The notes under the pieces are model-generated. The model was not told where the DNA came from, searched no databases, and worked only from the letters and a program-made list of their open reading frames with translations. Positions 25,347 to 25,551 of a DNA stretch of 25,551 nt are shown here, one piece after another; position 1 is the first letter of the stretch, and each line of letters begins with the position of its first letter. Origin of the DNA: a virus (lineage: Duplodnaviria; Caudoviricetes); IMG/VR virus record IMGVR_UViG_3300008255_000443, positions 1 to 25,551 of that record; one strand, given 5' to 3'. Position numbers and translations under genes: made by a program.

Positions 25347-25551
25347 ATGACAAAAGAAATGCAGGCTGAAATGCGAAGGACAATCCTCGAAGCATTAGCA
25401 AAGGAAGTTATGCCTGAGCTAGATGTGTCGAGGATTGTTTTTAGGATAAACACAAAGCTCTCGGTTCCCTTTGTGTATAAGGTCTGCGTAGAGGATGAGA
25501 AGGATATTTGTATAACGATCCATGAGACTATGTTTTCTGGATTGATACATG
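25347..25551 (+). CDS. Hypothetical protein, 5' part (divergent gene, runs off the window; absent from ORF track)
   Basis: AAGGGGAG SD then ATG 25347; MTKEMQAEMRRTILEALAKEVMPELDVSRIVFRIN... open to the window end (68 codons). Confidence 0.6.
   Translation, partial: MTKEMQAEMRRTILEALAKEVMPELDVSRIVFRINTKLSVPFVYKVCVEDEKDICITIHETMFSGLIH

Noticed and set aside
1-25551. Stop-codon reassignment
   Set aside because: Genes are full length under code 11, and TAA, TAG and TGA all terminate genes flush with the next start.

Overview
This window is part of a tailed dsDNA phage genome with a podovirus-type (short non-contractile tail) virion module. About 23 kb of tightly packed, often overlapping genes run on the minus strand in this order: small structural/tail-fibre cassette, TerS, TerL, two membrane (lysis-like) genes, portal, small gene, scaffold, conserved hypothetical, decoration protein, major capsid protein, lectin-like virion protein, M15 endolysin, head-tail adaptor, a ~1,130-aa LVIVD-repeat protein, a C1q-like fibre, tail nozzle, GNAT protein and three ejection proteins. 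The last ejection protein runs off the left end and is missing from the ORF track. The right ~2.5 kb holds a GC-rich two-gene unit with its own terminator, degenerate 14-mer repeats, and a ~420-bp dyad-symmetric element centred on an AT/poly-A core (~24899) at the point where coding switches to the plus strand. The most striking unexplained signal is a non-palindromic GC-rich motif, CCGACC(G/C), found 37 times by hand count. It occurs in both orientations and in different reading frames of otherwise AT-biased genes. All functional calls come from motif recognition and gene order; no database search was run, and all counts are manual.
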